In this document: positions 51,701-64,000 of the stretch, piece after piece
How the letters are laid out: each line of letters starts with the position of its first letter
How positions within the stretch are numbered: position 1 is the first letter of the stretch
Assembly (NCBI GenBank): GCA_000934665.2
Contig: KZ537970.1
Coordinates: 1-64,000 of the forward strand
Origin: Catajapyx aquilonaris
Lineage: Eukaryota
Direction: 5' to 3'
DNA length: 64,000 bases
Notes under the pieces: model-generated
The model's database searches: none
Told to the model about the DNA's origin: nothing
The model's input: only the letters and a program-made list of their open reading frames with translations
Made by a program: the position numbers and the translations under genes

Positions 51701-53739
51701 TAATCCCGCCCCACAAAAATACGCAGCGTTTCACAGGAGCCTTCTGTCGACACCAAAGTGGATGTAAAGCGTCCCTTGGATTAGCTCCAGAGACTTTTGA
51801 AGCGACATGAGTGTCTTTCACTCAGCGATTCTTCTTACATCCATGCTCGGCTAATTGCGACTTGTTCACGCCTGGCTTCCGTACCTCCGACACAGGAAAT
51901 ATGCAGAGGTGGCCAGTGGTATGAATTACGTAGGTTGGCCAGAGCTTATTTATAACGACTCTTTGCACTCCATTTACTGTACGTGCTGCTGCGCGATGCT
52001 GCTGGAACTTCAATGTCACATTCCGGTTCGGCCTCGGCTAATGCAATTAGATTGAGAGACATGTGTTCGGGATGTTCTGCGAGGTTCCTTTGCTAAGTCA
52101 TTTATGTACTGAAATGCTCCGACTTTTTTTTATATATAGATGGGACCCTAACTGCTGATGTCACAATTAGCGTGTCGTTGGGAGTCTTTTAGATGTGGAA
52201 ATGATGATAACGAAGAAGTTTGCAAGTAATGAAGGCCCGTTTTCGACGATAAGATAGCGCTAAGCAGACTGTGCTAACGAGCGCAGGTACTGTACAGGAC
52301 ACAATCATGATGTAATCTGCTGGATTTTCAAATTTGCTCTACACTCTCCTCACTCTGCCCCGGTAATGCTGCACACTTTCCGAACAGTATGCTGCAGTAT
52401 TAGATTAAACGCAATCTTACACTGTAAGTGTTAACCAGATGTTTGGATAACTAAAGTGCATTTTCAAGTCATGTCTTATCACATACGACAATAGAATTTG
52501 TCATGAAGCACTAGAGAAAAATATGGAGATTCCCCTCCCACTAAGCTGAAACTATAAAGTATGGGCACATATCCTCTATATTTCAAGTACTATCAAGAGT
52601 GAGTTGTTGTGGATTACGTTTCGAATTCTTGCGTAATTTCAATTTATCACTTTCCGTTTATAGCTCCTGCTGCATGGCTATAGGAAAGGAGAGGAATGAA
52701 TATATCTTTTAGTCAGTGCCACCTCCTGCAGAAGTTGATACGCAGCAAGTGGGACTCGCGAGTAACTTATTTATTCCGGCACTAATTGGTCGAGAAATCT
52801 TGTTCTAGTAAGTGTCGCTCCTGTTTTCAATTATCGAGCTTAGTAATACCCTGTCATATGACAGTAGTGCAGCCTTACAAACTGAACATTTTTTACTGAT
52901 GTGCACATGAAAAGAGTTTAGTATGTATACTGACTCAATCCACCCAAGTTATGGCTAACAGAGTTTCAGCGAGGTAATGTATTTAAATTGCATTTTGGTA
53001 TATCCCATTTCATGGAAACTGAGTTTTCAAAGTGTAGGCTACAGCTGTAACCGTTATGTGTTTTATCGCATGATGGAATCTCAGTGCATGGTACGCATAA
53101 TTATTTCCTTTCAGGCTATAGGATTGTGCTCCAAGAGACAGATCATGTCAGTATAACCACCAGATATTTGGCATAACGTTATAGGTTACGCAGGCCTAAT
53201 GTTCATTATCAGGAGTTGTACCTGTAACAGTGACAGATCACCCTTAATGAAAACACCCGTCCATCCCTGATAATTGTCCTGTCTCACAAACTGCAACAGT
53301 GTGTAAACTGACGATAAAATATTCCACGCATCAGCGATAACAGTCACCATCTTGTTGATTGCCCCGATCATTATAAAAGGCAAAATATGTCATTACCTTT
53401 CCGTGCACGAGGAACAGGGGATCGAGTTGCTAAATTTTAACGCTCCGGTCTGGGCGAGAACATTGTCACCAAATGTGTTGTAACATCCGGCTTCACTTTT
53501 GAACCCACCGATTGCAATAAAAACTACGCCAATGACCACAAAAGCAGTAAATATTAATAATTCTATACCGGTATCTATTCTCTCAGCTTCCAATTTCGGG
53601 ACACCAATATGGCTGCAATATGGTGGCGGCTGAGATTTACTACCAACAGGACTATCGATTGGAGACGTAATACACTGAGCCAATACAATGAGGACAACGA
53701 GAGTTTATGACAAGTACCGAGGAGACACAGCAGCCTTAC

Positions 53740-53772
53740 CGCCAAGTTGCGGGAGATGACTCCGGCGTGCAT
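53740..53772 (-). CDS. Candidate alternative first coding exon of the calmodulin-like gene (MHAGVISRNLA)
   Basis: gaaATG...GCG|GTAAGG phase-0 donor at the end of a GC-rich, promoter-like island (53700-54050). Confidence 0.5.
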
Positions 53773-56661
53773 TTCTGCCGGAATCGGCTGGCTGCTCCAA
53801 GGGCAGTCATGGGCCGCGGTGGGGCCTCCCTCACTCAAGCAGGTGGGGCCGCCCCGGGGGTTACATGCTCTGTTGGATGGAAGCCGGGAGATGGGAGAGG
53901 CAGGAGAGAGCTCCAAGGAAGCCGGCGACGCCTCCTGCACCTGTCACGCGCCAACGAGCAACTGGTGGTCGCGCAACCTCCTTCTCTCCTTCCCCTCCCT
54001 ATACCTCCCACGTCCCACCCTTCCGTCCCCCATCACCACCCCCACATCAACCCTCTTCTAAGCTCCACGCACCCAGACACTACCACCGCACAAGCAGCAC
54101 ATTTGGCAACTTGCGGTCCATTTGACTACTCCTGAACCAACAGTTTTAATGGCCATCAAAAGCTAGTCAGGTTTGTGCATGGAATTCAAAGACACTGTCT
54201 AACTCTAAACTGAACTGACGTCACTGGACAACCTCTGATTATTTCTCCTCTTTGATTCTGACTAATGCAGTATTTTGCTAAATTGCTGATTCGCCAGCAG
54301 ATTCTCACACCAATAGAAATGTTCAGAAATAGTGATAAGCCACAAAATGTTGGTCATAATTCAATGGACTAAAAGTTAACCTGTGCAGCTGACCTAACCG
54401 AGCGATGATCTCACCCTGAGACCCGGACGACTACTGCCTGAATGTGTGTGTGTGAAAGCCTCCGTCCCAGGGAACAAGGTAGGCGTGTGTTGCCATCACA
54501 ACAGCCTGGGAAGGAGGGTATAGTCTCCCTCTCTCTCTCCCTCTCCTGCGGGGGTGGAAAGGGGGAGTGGGTTGGAGGAGGTGTTTGAACCAGTCTCCAT
54601 GGAGACGCAGGTGAGGAGATGCTGGAGGAAGGACTTAGGGTTCCTCCATTTTCTCTCCGACTGACTCTTTGACGGTAAATCAATTGGTAGGCGGGGAGGA
54701 AGAAGGTGCCGGAGATGACTGCGAATTGTCTCCTCCCCTCCACGCCATCCACATCCACCCACCAACCCACATCGACTCGACGGTCTAACGAGGCCAATCA
54801 CCCTCTTTTTGTAGTTTGCCTTCGCATCAAGTGGCTTGAAGGACCATTTCTTTTCTCTTGGTCCTGGGAAGGATGTTGTTACGTGTCAACAGTTCCGAAC
54901 TTGAGTCGGTGCTCCTGTTTGAAAGGCTTATATACCTACCGTACATTACTAGGCTAATATGAGCTGCTATTTCCTTCACTTGAACGCAGTGTACAGCATT
55001 GTATGACTTTTCATATAAAAATTGTCGCCACAATGCGTCCAATGTACACAAAAAATTATATTCCAGAAATATTTCGCCCATCTTTACCTATTGCACGGAA
55101 TAATCCACTCAAACTCACCTAGCAACAAAATAGGCCTAATTTGTACTAACACTGACTCATTCCGCGTGGACAATGCCAATGTACAAATCCATCACACCAA
55201 TATAGTGTAACGCATCGAAATTCAAATCCGTTAAATTCAAAACTAGCCCTGTGCTAATAATAACTACTACCGTGTAATACCACACAATGCCTGTAATTTC
55301 ATGGCATAATATTTCGCAGCCAAATGGAATGGGTGTATGTAGGCTAAATGCGTAATATTACGCCCATGCGAATACGACCATCAATTACTTCGCCATCAAC
55401 CATCTCATTTTCAACTTCATAATGACCATTAACGCCTGGCTTCACAATTCTTTAATAACCCCCCCGCAACGAGACGCAGCCTCCGAATACCATGGTTCTG
55501 CGCTTGCGTTACCCTTGTATGCATATCAGACACCGAAATTATTCCGCATTTTTGCTTGAAACGTACCGTGACGACATACATCTAAACGTCATCTCAAGTA
55601 ATGTGTTATCTGCACGACCTTCAAGTCGCTACCAAGAAATGTCGTGCTAAGACATTTGGACAAGACGACTGCTATTATCGTCCCATTTTTTTTGCGTCGA
55701 ACCGAGGTGTTAGCGTCGTCTTAGAGTCGCATTGCAGTTGATTACGTATCCATTTTCTCATGCGATTTCATGTGGCGTGCAATTTCCACTTGACTGTTAA
55801 CTCAGGGGGAAAAAAAACCTCGTCTCCAAGCCTGGACCATGCAATCTAAATGCGCTCGTTTAATTTGCACCCATCGTAAAAACTCTGCATAAGGTGTGAT
55901 AATAAATGGGAGGAAGTTGCACTCTAAGCATAAATTCGAGGGAGGGAATAGCCTTCCCAAGCCGCTGGGCAGCAAAAATTCTCATTTCCCTTGACAATGT
56001 CATAGTTAATGTATTCACCAGCATTTTAAAGCAGCAAAAATGCAGTGTGGTAAAAAAAAGTAGGTTCGGTGGTTGCTCAGCTGCCTTGTTTTCCTGGTGT
56101 AGAAATAATTCAGTTTCGAATAAAGGTGTGTGCAGTCACCTGCAGTAGTAAAACATTTAGAGGCGACGGGAGCAGAAGCCGTGGATGTAAAATGCGTGTG
56201 TTCCGGTGGCACGCAATTTTTTAAGAGGCAATTCAAAGAGAGCCATCAACTCAATGCCTTCTAAATTTAATCGAGTGCAAGAATAGTATCGTTTGAAAGA
56301 GAGGTCACGGGAAACACTAGTTCTGCGCAGGTGCATCGAAATGGTGCGACAAAATTAACCGTGGAGGACCTATGTTGCCTTCAGTGTGAAGATGCTGCAT
56401 TTCAAAAATAATATACTGTACATAATATCATCTCGGGACTATACTAAGGCCCAACCATCCTTCCGCAGAAGGTGAGGCAGAAAATATCGCTCCGTGACTC
56501 GGTATGACAGTTACTGTATATTATTTTGCAGTATTTGCACAGAACAGTCAAAATTACTGCATAGGCTATAATGAAGTCGCGCAGTATTCTGATGCACTGT
56601 ACTGTACGTGCAGCATCTCAATTCTCAAACTATTAATTTAATTGTTTATTAATTTACGGGA

Positions 56662-56716
56662 TTTGTTTGTTTGTTTGTTTGTTTGTTTGTTTGTTTGTTT
56701 GTTTGTTTGTTTGTTT
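56662..56716. repeat. (GTTT)n microsatellite, possibly the tail of a minus-strand retroelement fragment (to ~57110)
   Basis: The repeat is directly visible; the retroelement origin is a guess. Confidence 0.85.
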
Positions 56717-57249
56717 GCTTTAAAACTCAGTTATAAACACAGTAATAGAATCGTAGGGCCACCGAGGGGCGGACAATCTGGTGAATCTGAATATTGTACA
56801 TTTTTGGAAGAATGTTTGACCACGAGGGGGTCAGACCTTCAGACATACAATGAACACAATTTTACAAATATTAATGGAAAAAAACACTGAATCCCTATAT
56901 ATTTGATTCTCAATTTTCAATTCATACAGAGGTTGATTCTCTTGTTACATTTACAAGAGTCATGTAGCGTAAATATTTTCTGCATATCTGTGAGTATGAT
57001 TTTTTTTTGCATTTGTACAACAAGTGGTTTCATGTTATTCGGAGGATACCTCTTCCTGATATCATCTAAGGTTTTTTGTCTAGATGTCAAGAATATAGAC
57101 AATCTTAAATGAAATTATGTAACGATAAAGGCACTTACAGGCGTACCACCCAGTCTGAATACATCAAACTCTGATATACGTACTGTACTATATCCTGATC
57201 CCTATATAGTAACTTTCGGAAATACGCAGTATACTTCTATGGGCAACCG

Positions 57250-57430
57250 AAGCAGTAGTGGTGGAGTGGTATGGTGTCCGACTGCTAATCTGGAGGTCCT
57301 GGGTTCGAATCCCGGAGGCCGGCGACCCTGATCATGGTTTTCTGTGGTTTCCCATGGTCATCGCAGGATAATTCCGGGGTCGTTACCGTAGTTATAGGCC
57401 ACAGCCGCTTCCTTCCTTACCTATCCTTGC
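57250..57430 (+). mobile_element. tRNA-derived SINE
   Basis: A box TGGTGGAGTGG, B box GGTTCGAATCC, then GGTTTTCTGTGGTTTCCC ... CAGGATAATTCCGGG ... GGCCACAGCCGCTTCCTTCC, a body recalled from widespread insect SINEs. Confidence 0.8.
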
Positions 57431-57703
57431 CTCAATTCCGATGAAAAAGTATAGTAAAAATGGAAAGAGTTCCAGACAAAAAAAATTGGGAGAAATCCCC
57501 CCCTAATAAAGCCCAAAGGGCTGATAATGGGGTATCAATTATTATTATTATTATTATTACTTCTATGGGCACGTGCTACCTGCCAAAAGCAGTGAGCATA
57601 TCCACTTTAAAGTGTATAGTTAAAACCTTGCACGGAAATAAAACAATTCAATCACTGTGGTCGCGACGGAACTTTTGAGAATCACCAATGACACGCGACT
57701 TAC

Positions 57704-57706
57704 CAT
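57704..57706 (-). CDS. Candidate ATG-only start exon end for the calmodulin-like gene
   Basis: ATG immediately followed by a consensus GTAAGT; the phase-0 join gives M-ARNKP... or M-TEYGL... Confidence 0.35.
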
Positions 57707-60700
57707 TCAATGAAATACACAAAAAACGAAATGTCAAGATATGTTTCTCTGTCCTACTGTAACATACCGTATGCATTTGGGATGATAGTCTATATACACT
57801 ATTTCAAGGGAATGAATAGGCCAAGAGATAATAGGGGCATGTTCAAAGCAATATGCTGCGAGCTGTTATCACACTCTTCCGGAACTAATGTGCATCGAAG
57901 TTAGACCTACCGTGGTATTGACAAAACTGTCCGATCTAACGCGCTAACAGTAACTGGCTCACACACTGGCTTGCATTCCCAATAATAACATACTGTACAG
58001 TATATACCAGGCAAAACACGTGGTCAACAGCACAAATGCTTACCAGTGTGTGGTACCAAAAAACTGGCACAGTGCAACTGACTGCCATTAAGTTATGTTA
58101 CTGATGAAACGAATCTGACATATCCGCAGTTGACCGTACTTCTATCCTGGAAGTTAATAATAAATATTGCCGACCACAGGATCCGACGCGACGGTGAGTA
58201 AAACTCAAAAAAGCAAAACATCCTGAGTGATGATAGTAATGGACTGCCAAAGTGATTTAATATTGCATGACGGTATGCAGTGCCCTAATACATATTCAAT
58301 CTCGCTTTTATGTATGTGCACTCAGGCCTACATGAAGTGTGAAGTGCGAAGTGCAGTGTGCTGGGAGAGGAGGCTGGATTTTATGCATACTGCTGCGGTC
58401 AGTGACTCTTCGCTACAGAAAATTTAAAATCAAATATATATATATATATATATTCTTATTTTATACAGTCGTGAGAAACTGACTAATATGCGCAACTTTG
58501 ACATTTCCTAATGTTTCAATTTGGGACTTTCCCAATACCGTACGTCATTCAAAATAACTTACGACGACACTTTTTCATGAGTTACGATATGCCCGATATA
58601 CTGTATTCAATGAAATATTCAACTATTGTCATAAAATAAGCACGGCAGTCCGGTAATTTTATGGAAATGCTTCGAAACATATGCAGCGGCGCAAAGCCCG
58701 ACCAAGTGTATACATTGGCATGACCTCCACATTCTTCAAGAATCCATGGGCAACTTTTTTTTCTACTTTGAACCATTACACTCCAATAACGTTTCATGGA
58801 TGAAAGAGGCAGGGGGCCGTTTGTGCTGGAATATACTGCACCGTTATTAAAGTTCATAGAAGAGCGCCGAATGCCATTCTTCTACACAATGTGGCTTTTT
58901 AGTTAAAGCGCTTCTGAAGAGCACACACGCGAACCGGGTGCTAACCATCGCTCCAAATAATTGCAACAATTAATTAAGTTTTAAACCCGGCCGTCAGCCG
59001 CATCCTAAAAACGCAGGCAAAACGTTATTTCATAGATGTAGGCCGATGAATCGAGGAGTGAACGAGCTAACAAACGCGATCACGTGAATTTGATGGAGTG
59101 ACAGGTTCAATAAAACAGCGGAACCGAAGCGCCAGCCGAGCTGCAGAGCCCAGGATAGGCAGTGGGATTCAGTGGTCCATGCAGCAGGCTCCCGCCATCT
59201 CCATTCCGAGCCTCGAGTCAAGAGAATGGCAGCAGCGCTCGAAGTTGCATCCAAGGAAAGCTTTCGACGACGACGACGACGACGGGCAGACAGACACAAT
59301 CGGCCCATGCCTGCACGCCTTGCCTTGCCTGACTGCCTACCAGAACGGCAGATGGCAACAGCCTTGATTCTCTTCTCAAATAGGAATCCAATAACATTCG
59401 ACAGGCACACGACAGAGACATTTGCGACGGACGATATTGCAAGGGAGGATCCCCCTTCACCTTAAATCCGGAATAGCAGAGCCGGTCATAAACGAGTCTG
59501 TCCTACCATTTATAATCATACGGCGGATGTTATGCAAAAACGAAGCTCGCATGAGAATAGGCACTTCTTTCCGCCAAAATAGCATTGGCGAAATATAAAT
59601 GAACTGAGCAAAAATATACCGCTGGTTACAGGAAGCAATGAATACATGCTCTGTGCCCGCTGTGTGCCTGCCAAAGCGAATTACAGCCATTGAATAATGA
59701 GTCTGCGGAGTATTCATCTGAAATGGGAATTCCCTTTCTGCACCACAGAGACTACTTTGAAATGTAATCATTGAATATGTTACACGGGTTTCAGAGACAT
59801 TGTTTTCTCTTTAAGGCACTTACGTAACGGCATTTTTGAGGTAACTTTATTGGAAAAAATGGCCAGGAATCGCGGTTGCATTGTGTATGATGCTGCAGAA
59901 CCTCATTGATATACTAATGATCTCAGTATAGTTGCAATACTCGGTTCAATTTTCCTTACAATCAAACGCCAATCGACCTAACGACATCACATACCAACGA
60001 TGCGTTTTCACACCTACTTTGATTAAAAGGTATAAAAGGAACACTAAAGCGGGTTGATTTTATCACCCAGCACATTCCAGAAAAAAGGCTTCATTTATCT
60101 ACTGCCCAGATTTGCGTAATTAGGAAGAACACATAATCACCTAATTGAATCATCAGTTAATAGGTTCGTTCAGCAAATGGAATATCCGCTCCAACGCTTC
60201 GACACCAATTAGACATCTATAGTTGATCTTCCCTATGAAATCACCTGAAGACCTGATATGCGAGTTCTTCGCCATGAATGGTTCAAAGTGGCCAAAAGGG
60301 CTTATCCACTAGGCAGGTATCTGACCCCTCTGTACGATGAGTTGGGTCGCCAGAGAATAAGCTTAAGTCGTGTAGCAAGTGCGGTGAGAAGCATCGCTAT
60401 GCTAATGCTGAAGGATCCCAGTGCTCGTATATGGGTGCCTGGAGCAGAGGCAGAGGCGGCAGCAGCAGCCGGCTTGCTGCTACACTCTGGCCCCCTAATC
60501 TTAATGGAATCGAGCGAGCCAAGGCTGGCGCCAAGCCAGAGCCGATTCAACATCAGAACACAGAAAAGGAGAAGTCGGATGGTGGTGGTAGTGAGGGGGG
60601 GGGGGGGAGTGCAGGAAATGGGAATAAAGACTTTTTCGCCGTACTTACATCTCACGGGATGTTCTCCGAAAAATAGGTAGGAAATTGGTAAACACGATGC

Positions 60701-62291
60701 ATACTCCAATTGCCAAATCGAGTGTAAGAGATGGCATCCATCGCATCGCCATTGACTAATAAACACTCTAAGAGCCAAAACTTCGCGCCAATATTTTTTT
60801 GTTACTGTAAATTTTTTGTGTGTGCAAATTATCTGGCGTAACTTGTGTGTGTTTTCTAATTTTAAACAGAAGGTCGTCAATGAAATATCTGGTGGAATAT
60901 ACGTTTTAGATAAGGTCTGACACCTTTGTGCGACGTGTGAAGGTGGGTTTTTGGCATCTGGCCCAATCTGGAGGCAGCGTGGCATCTCATCGCCCTATGT
61001 AAATGAATCAGTTTTTGGGAAGCTGCAAGGTCAAAGTTTGTTCGTGGAATCTGTAAAATCAATGATATGGCTTACAATACTATTAATAGTCGGAATATAA
61101 TTCGGTATTTCATGTGGAAAGTTTCAATTAGCGACATATTTGCACAATTATGACAGACTTAATCAAGTGCAACGAGCAATCACTGCCAGTTGTGTTTTGA
61201 GCGTCAAAATTAATGCGAAATTATTTGAGCGTTGCACAGCTCGCCTAAGTTATGCCCGGAATCCAAAGATGTCACCACAGTTAAGCAAGGCTCCAACTGA
61301 CTTGCAACAAATTCTCATAAAAAAAGTAGAATGCAACTCAACAGGAAGTTTTGGAAACTTAGTCTCCCACTCATTTTACCTACTTTGTCTTCATCTAAGT
61401 TTACACTTCCCCCGGCCTTCCACGAATGTGACTCACTCCGTATCTCTCTCACTCGGAGGCGCTTCTGTCAGAAGTCTTAACGGCCCGATGCCAACCCAGC
61501 TGAGGTCGCTGAATCAGAAAAATCCTTCCGAAGAAAATGCATCAGACTGAATCCGGAAACTTTGTGGATAATTTTTCCGAGGACCCAGTCGCGAAATTTT
61601 CCTAGTTTTTTTTCTCCAACTAACGAAGCTTTCACAACGGCCCCCCCCCGCATAGCCCAGTTTTTGGCCTAATGATCGAAACTATGATTACTCGGTATTG
61701 TAATGATGATGGTTTTCATCCGGAAGGTTGGCAACTTTTGGGATTTGTGAATGACAAACGACCTTCGTTTTGGCTAATATTAGCGTTGGTGGTAGCGAAA
61801 AAGGCGAGTGAGCTATAACGGGTTTCTTCGAAGGAAACATGGTAAGAGAAGTGAAGTAATACCCTCTCTCCCCACCTCCTCTTCCATCACCCATACCTAC
61901 GTCACTATAGCCCCCCATCCACCTCCTTCCCTCCCTCGCAACCTACTATAAGCTGTCACTATCATGGGCTTTCCTATCACGTGCAACCCTCCCTTTTCAC
62001 CTATGACGCCGAAATTCTTCTCGGGGCTTCGATTTGCCAACCAGTAATAGCTCTCTTCGGCGCCACTGGTTGAAGATGAGGGTGTGGAAAGAAAAAAAAA
62101 GAAGAAGATGGGGGTGGAGGAGTGGGTTTGGGGGAATGCGGGCTCTTCCCTATTTGGGCTGTTGTGCAAAAATTTTTGGGGTTAAGTTGAGGGAGTCGCG
62201 TGCGCAAGCTCAATCTTAAAAGTGCTCTGCTATCGGACTGGTGCTAGTACCTTACAGTGATAGCGGGTTATAGTCCATAAGCTCTACAATC

Positions 62292-63958
62292 ATGGTAAGT
62301 GAGTGAGATACAGGGCATGATGGTATGCCACGTACTACATTTGCGGGTTCTTTTCAGTCGGACGGTATTGTTGAAGAAGGAAGCGAGCAGGTCAAGAGTA
62401 AGTAGAAGTGTGAGTTTATACGGTGAATGGTGATTAGTGACGGGTCGATTATTATGCAGTGCTGAGGAGGGTCTTCTCCATGTTCGACTCGGGGAAATGC
62501 GGCAGCATAGAGAAGGCAAAAGTGAGGACAATCCTGACCACGTTGGGTCACCATTTCAACGGTGTCGAGCTGGAAGCACTTCTCAGCCAGGAAGACTCAG
62601 AAGGTACCCAGTGCTGCTCCTGTTTCCAACAAGTGAAATAACTGCATCCCAAATATGGAGTAGTCCGCCGGTTCATTTGCTACGTCGCGAAAGTGAAAAA
62701 TGTGACTATTCCGGATGTTCAGAGAACACATGTTTCAGCAATATTTAAAACAAGCCTGAAATATTTTCATTGTGGATACGTTCTGAATGGGTTTCGACAC
62801 ATCAGCTGGACTTTCTATTTAAGTGTTTCCTGGAAACTCCCACTTTGTATTGCCCAAGCGTTCAGCAATTCAGCAGGAGGACAGGGTAAGGATTTATGGA
62901 CTGTTTAACCCAGCATCCGGTTTAAGCATAAGAAACTCGTTGAATGCACCAATTAAGACCGCATTCCATGGTACTGACTGTTGCTTTGCTTTAAACTCGT
63001 TGCTGGAGCGGACAATCCGAACCCTTCCTGCCATCTGAACTGGAAACGTGACACTGCTCTATAAGTACAAATACTTTGTGCGCAACATATTGAAGTCGCA
63101 GAATTGTCGCTCTCTAAGTGCAATTTTCATTCCGGATATGCCCCAGTATCATAAAAGTGGTCTGAACCACATTTGGGATGCACCTTCTTTATTTTAAAAC
63201 CATCTCATCAACCCTCATTGTTGGTCTATTCTTCCAGGCACCGGCAGGTTAGAATTCGATTCGTTCTGCAGAGTAGCCGGCCATTTCTTAGGCGAGGAAG
63301 ACGAAGAAGCACTCCAGCGTGAACTGAAGGAAGCCTTCCGTCTGTACGACAAAGAAGGTACGTCTACCGTTGCGGAAGAGGCAACCCTCCAGGGTAGTCG
63401 AGTCGGACCCAGGCGCCACAAACCTCCATTTATGTCGCATCCCGAGCATAAAAATAGAGGCTGTTTCCATTCCGGGGGGTGGTGGAGATAGAAGACGGGG
63501 GTATGGTGAGTGTCGCAACCTTAATGGCACTTGCGGGGTGGTTTGCTTTTTATTGCACATGGGTGGTTGGATTTCAGTCGCAAGATGAATCGCGGTTCGG
63601 GATCGATATACGTCGGAAAAAGGGCGGGTATGCTCGGAGTATAGCGCAGCCTCCAACAACCGGCCTATTGATTTGCGGCCGCCGTCTTCTCAGGTGTCGA
63701 CTATTGTCAACAATGGTTCTTTTCATGTCCTGAGCAGGGAACGGCTACATCCCCACTTCCAGTCTGAGGGAGATCCTGGCTGCTTTGGACGACAACCTGA
63801 CTCCGGACCAGCTGGATGAGATGATTGAGGAAATTGACGCCGACGGATCCGGAACCGTTGACTTTGACGGTGAGTCAATGTGTGTTCATCAGAAAGAGTC
63901 ATACGTCTTGATCGTTCCTCCTATTGCAGAGTTCCTGGAGATGATGACGGGGGACTAG
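62292..63958 (+). CDS. TpnC: Troponin C (arthropod type, 155 aa), 6 coding exons
   Basis: join(62292..62294,62358..62397,62460..62603,63238..63357,63738..63869,63930..63958) = [172 protein letters not shown] and [16 protein letters not shown] are arthropod TnC hallmarks. Confidence 0.93.
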
Positions 63959-64000
63959 TACACATCGCAATGCACATCCGGCAACAATCATTCATCGCGC

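Overview
Eukaryotic, intron-rich genomic DNA, most likely arthropod (inferred from gene content and SINE type). Four protein-coding genes can be assembled by hand from GT-AG exons with consistent phases. (1) An uncharacterised 8-exon, ~341-aa, ~8-TM membrane protein (+, 5714-8234). (2) A CIDE-N domain protein matching Drosophila Drep2 (-, 12826-24393; first exon probably ~30.6-31.9 kb; ~3.7 kb 3'UTR). (3) A four-EF-hand calmodulin-like gene (-, core 37368-39615) with several candidate alternative N-terminal exons up to ~57.7 kb, including a Lys/Gly/Gln-rich exon missed by the ORF track. (4) A divergently oriented troponin C (+, 62292-63958) with only EF-hand IV canonical. The first ~9 kb is dense with transposon remnants: a decayed LINE, foldback elements, a Tigger-like remnant with nested insertions, MITEs with clear TSDs and tRNA-derived SINE heads. 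No prokaryotic features, CRISPR arrays or intact RNA genes were seen. The most intriguing leads are the interchangeable N-termini of the calmodulin-like gene, a TGATG stop-start overlap inside the last Drep2 intron, and the unusual Drep2 5' exon. All family assignments are from memory; no searches were run.
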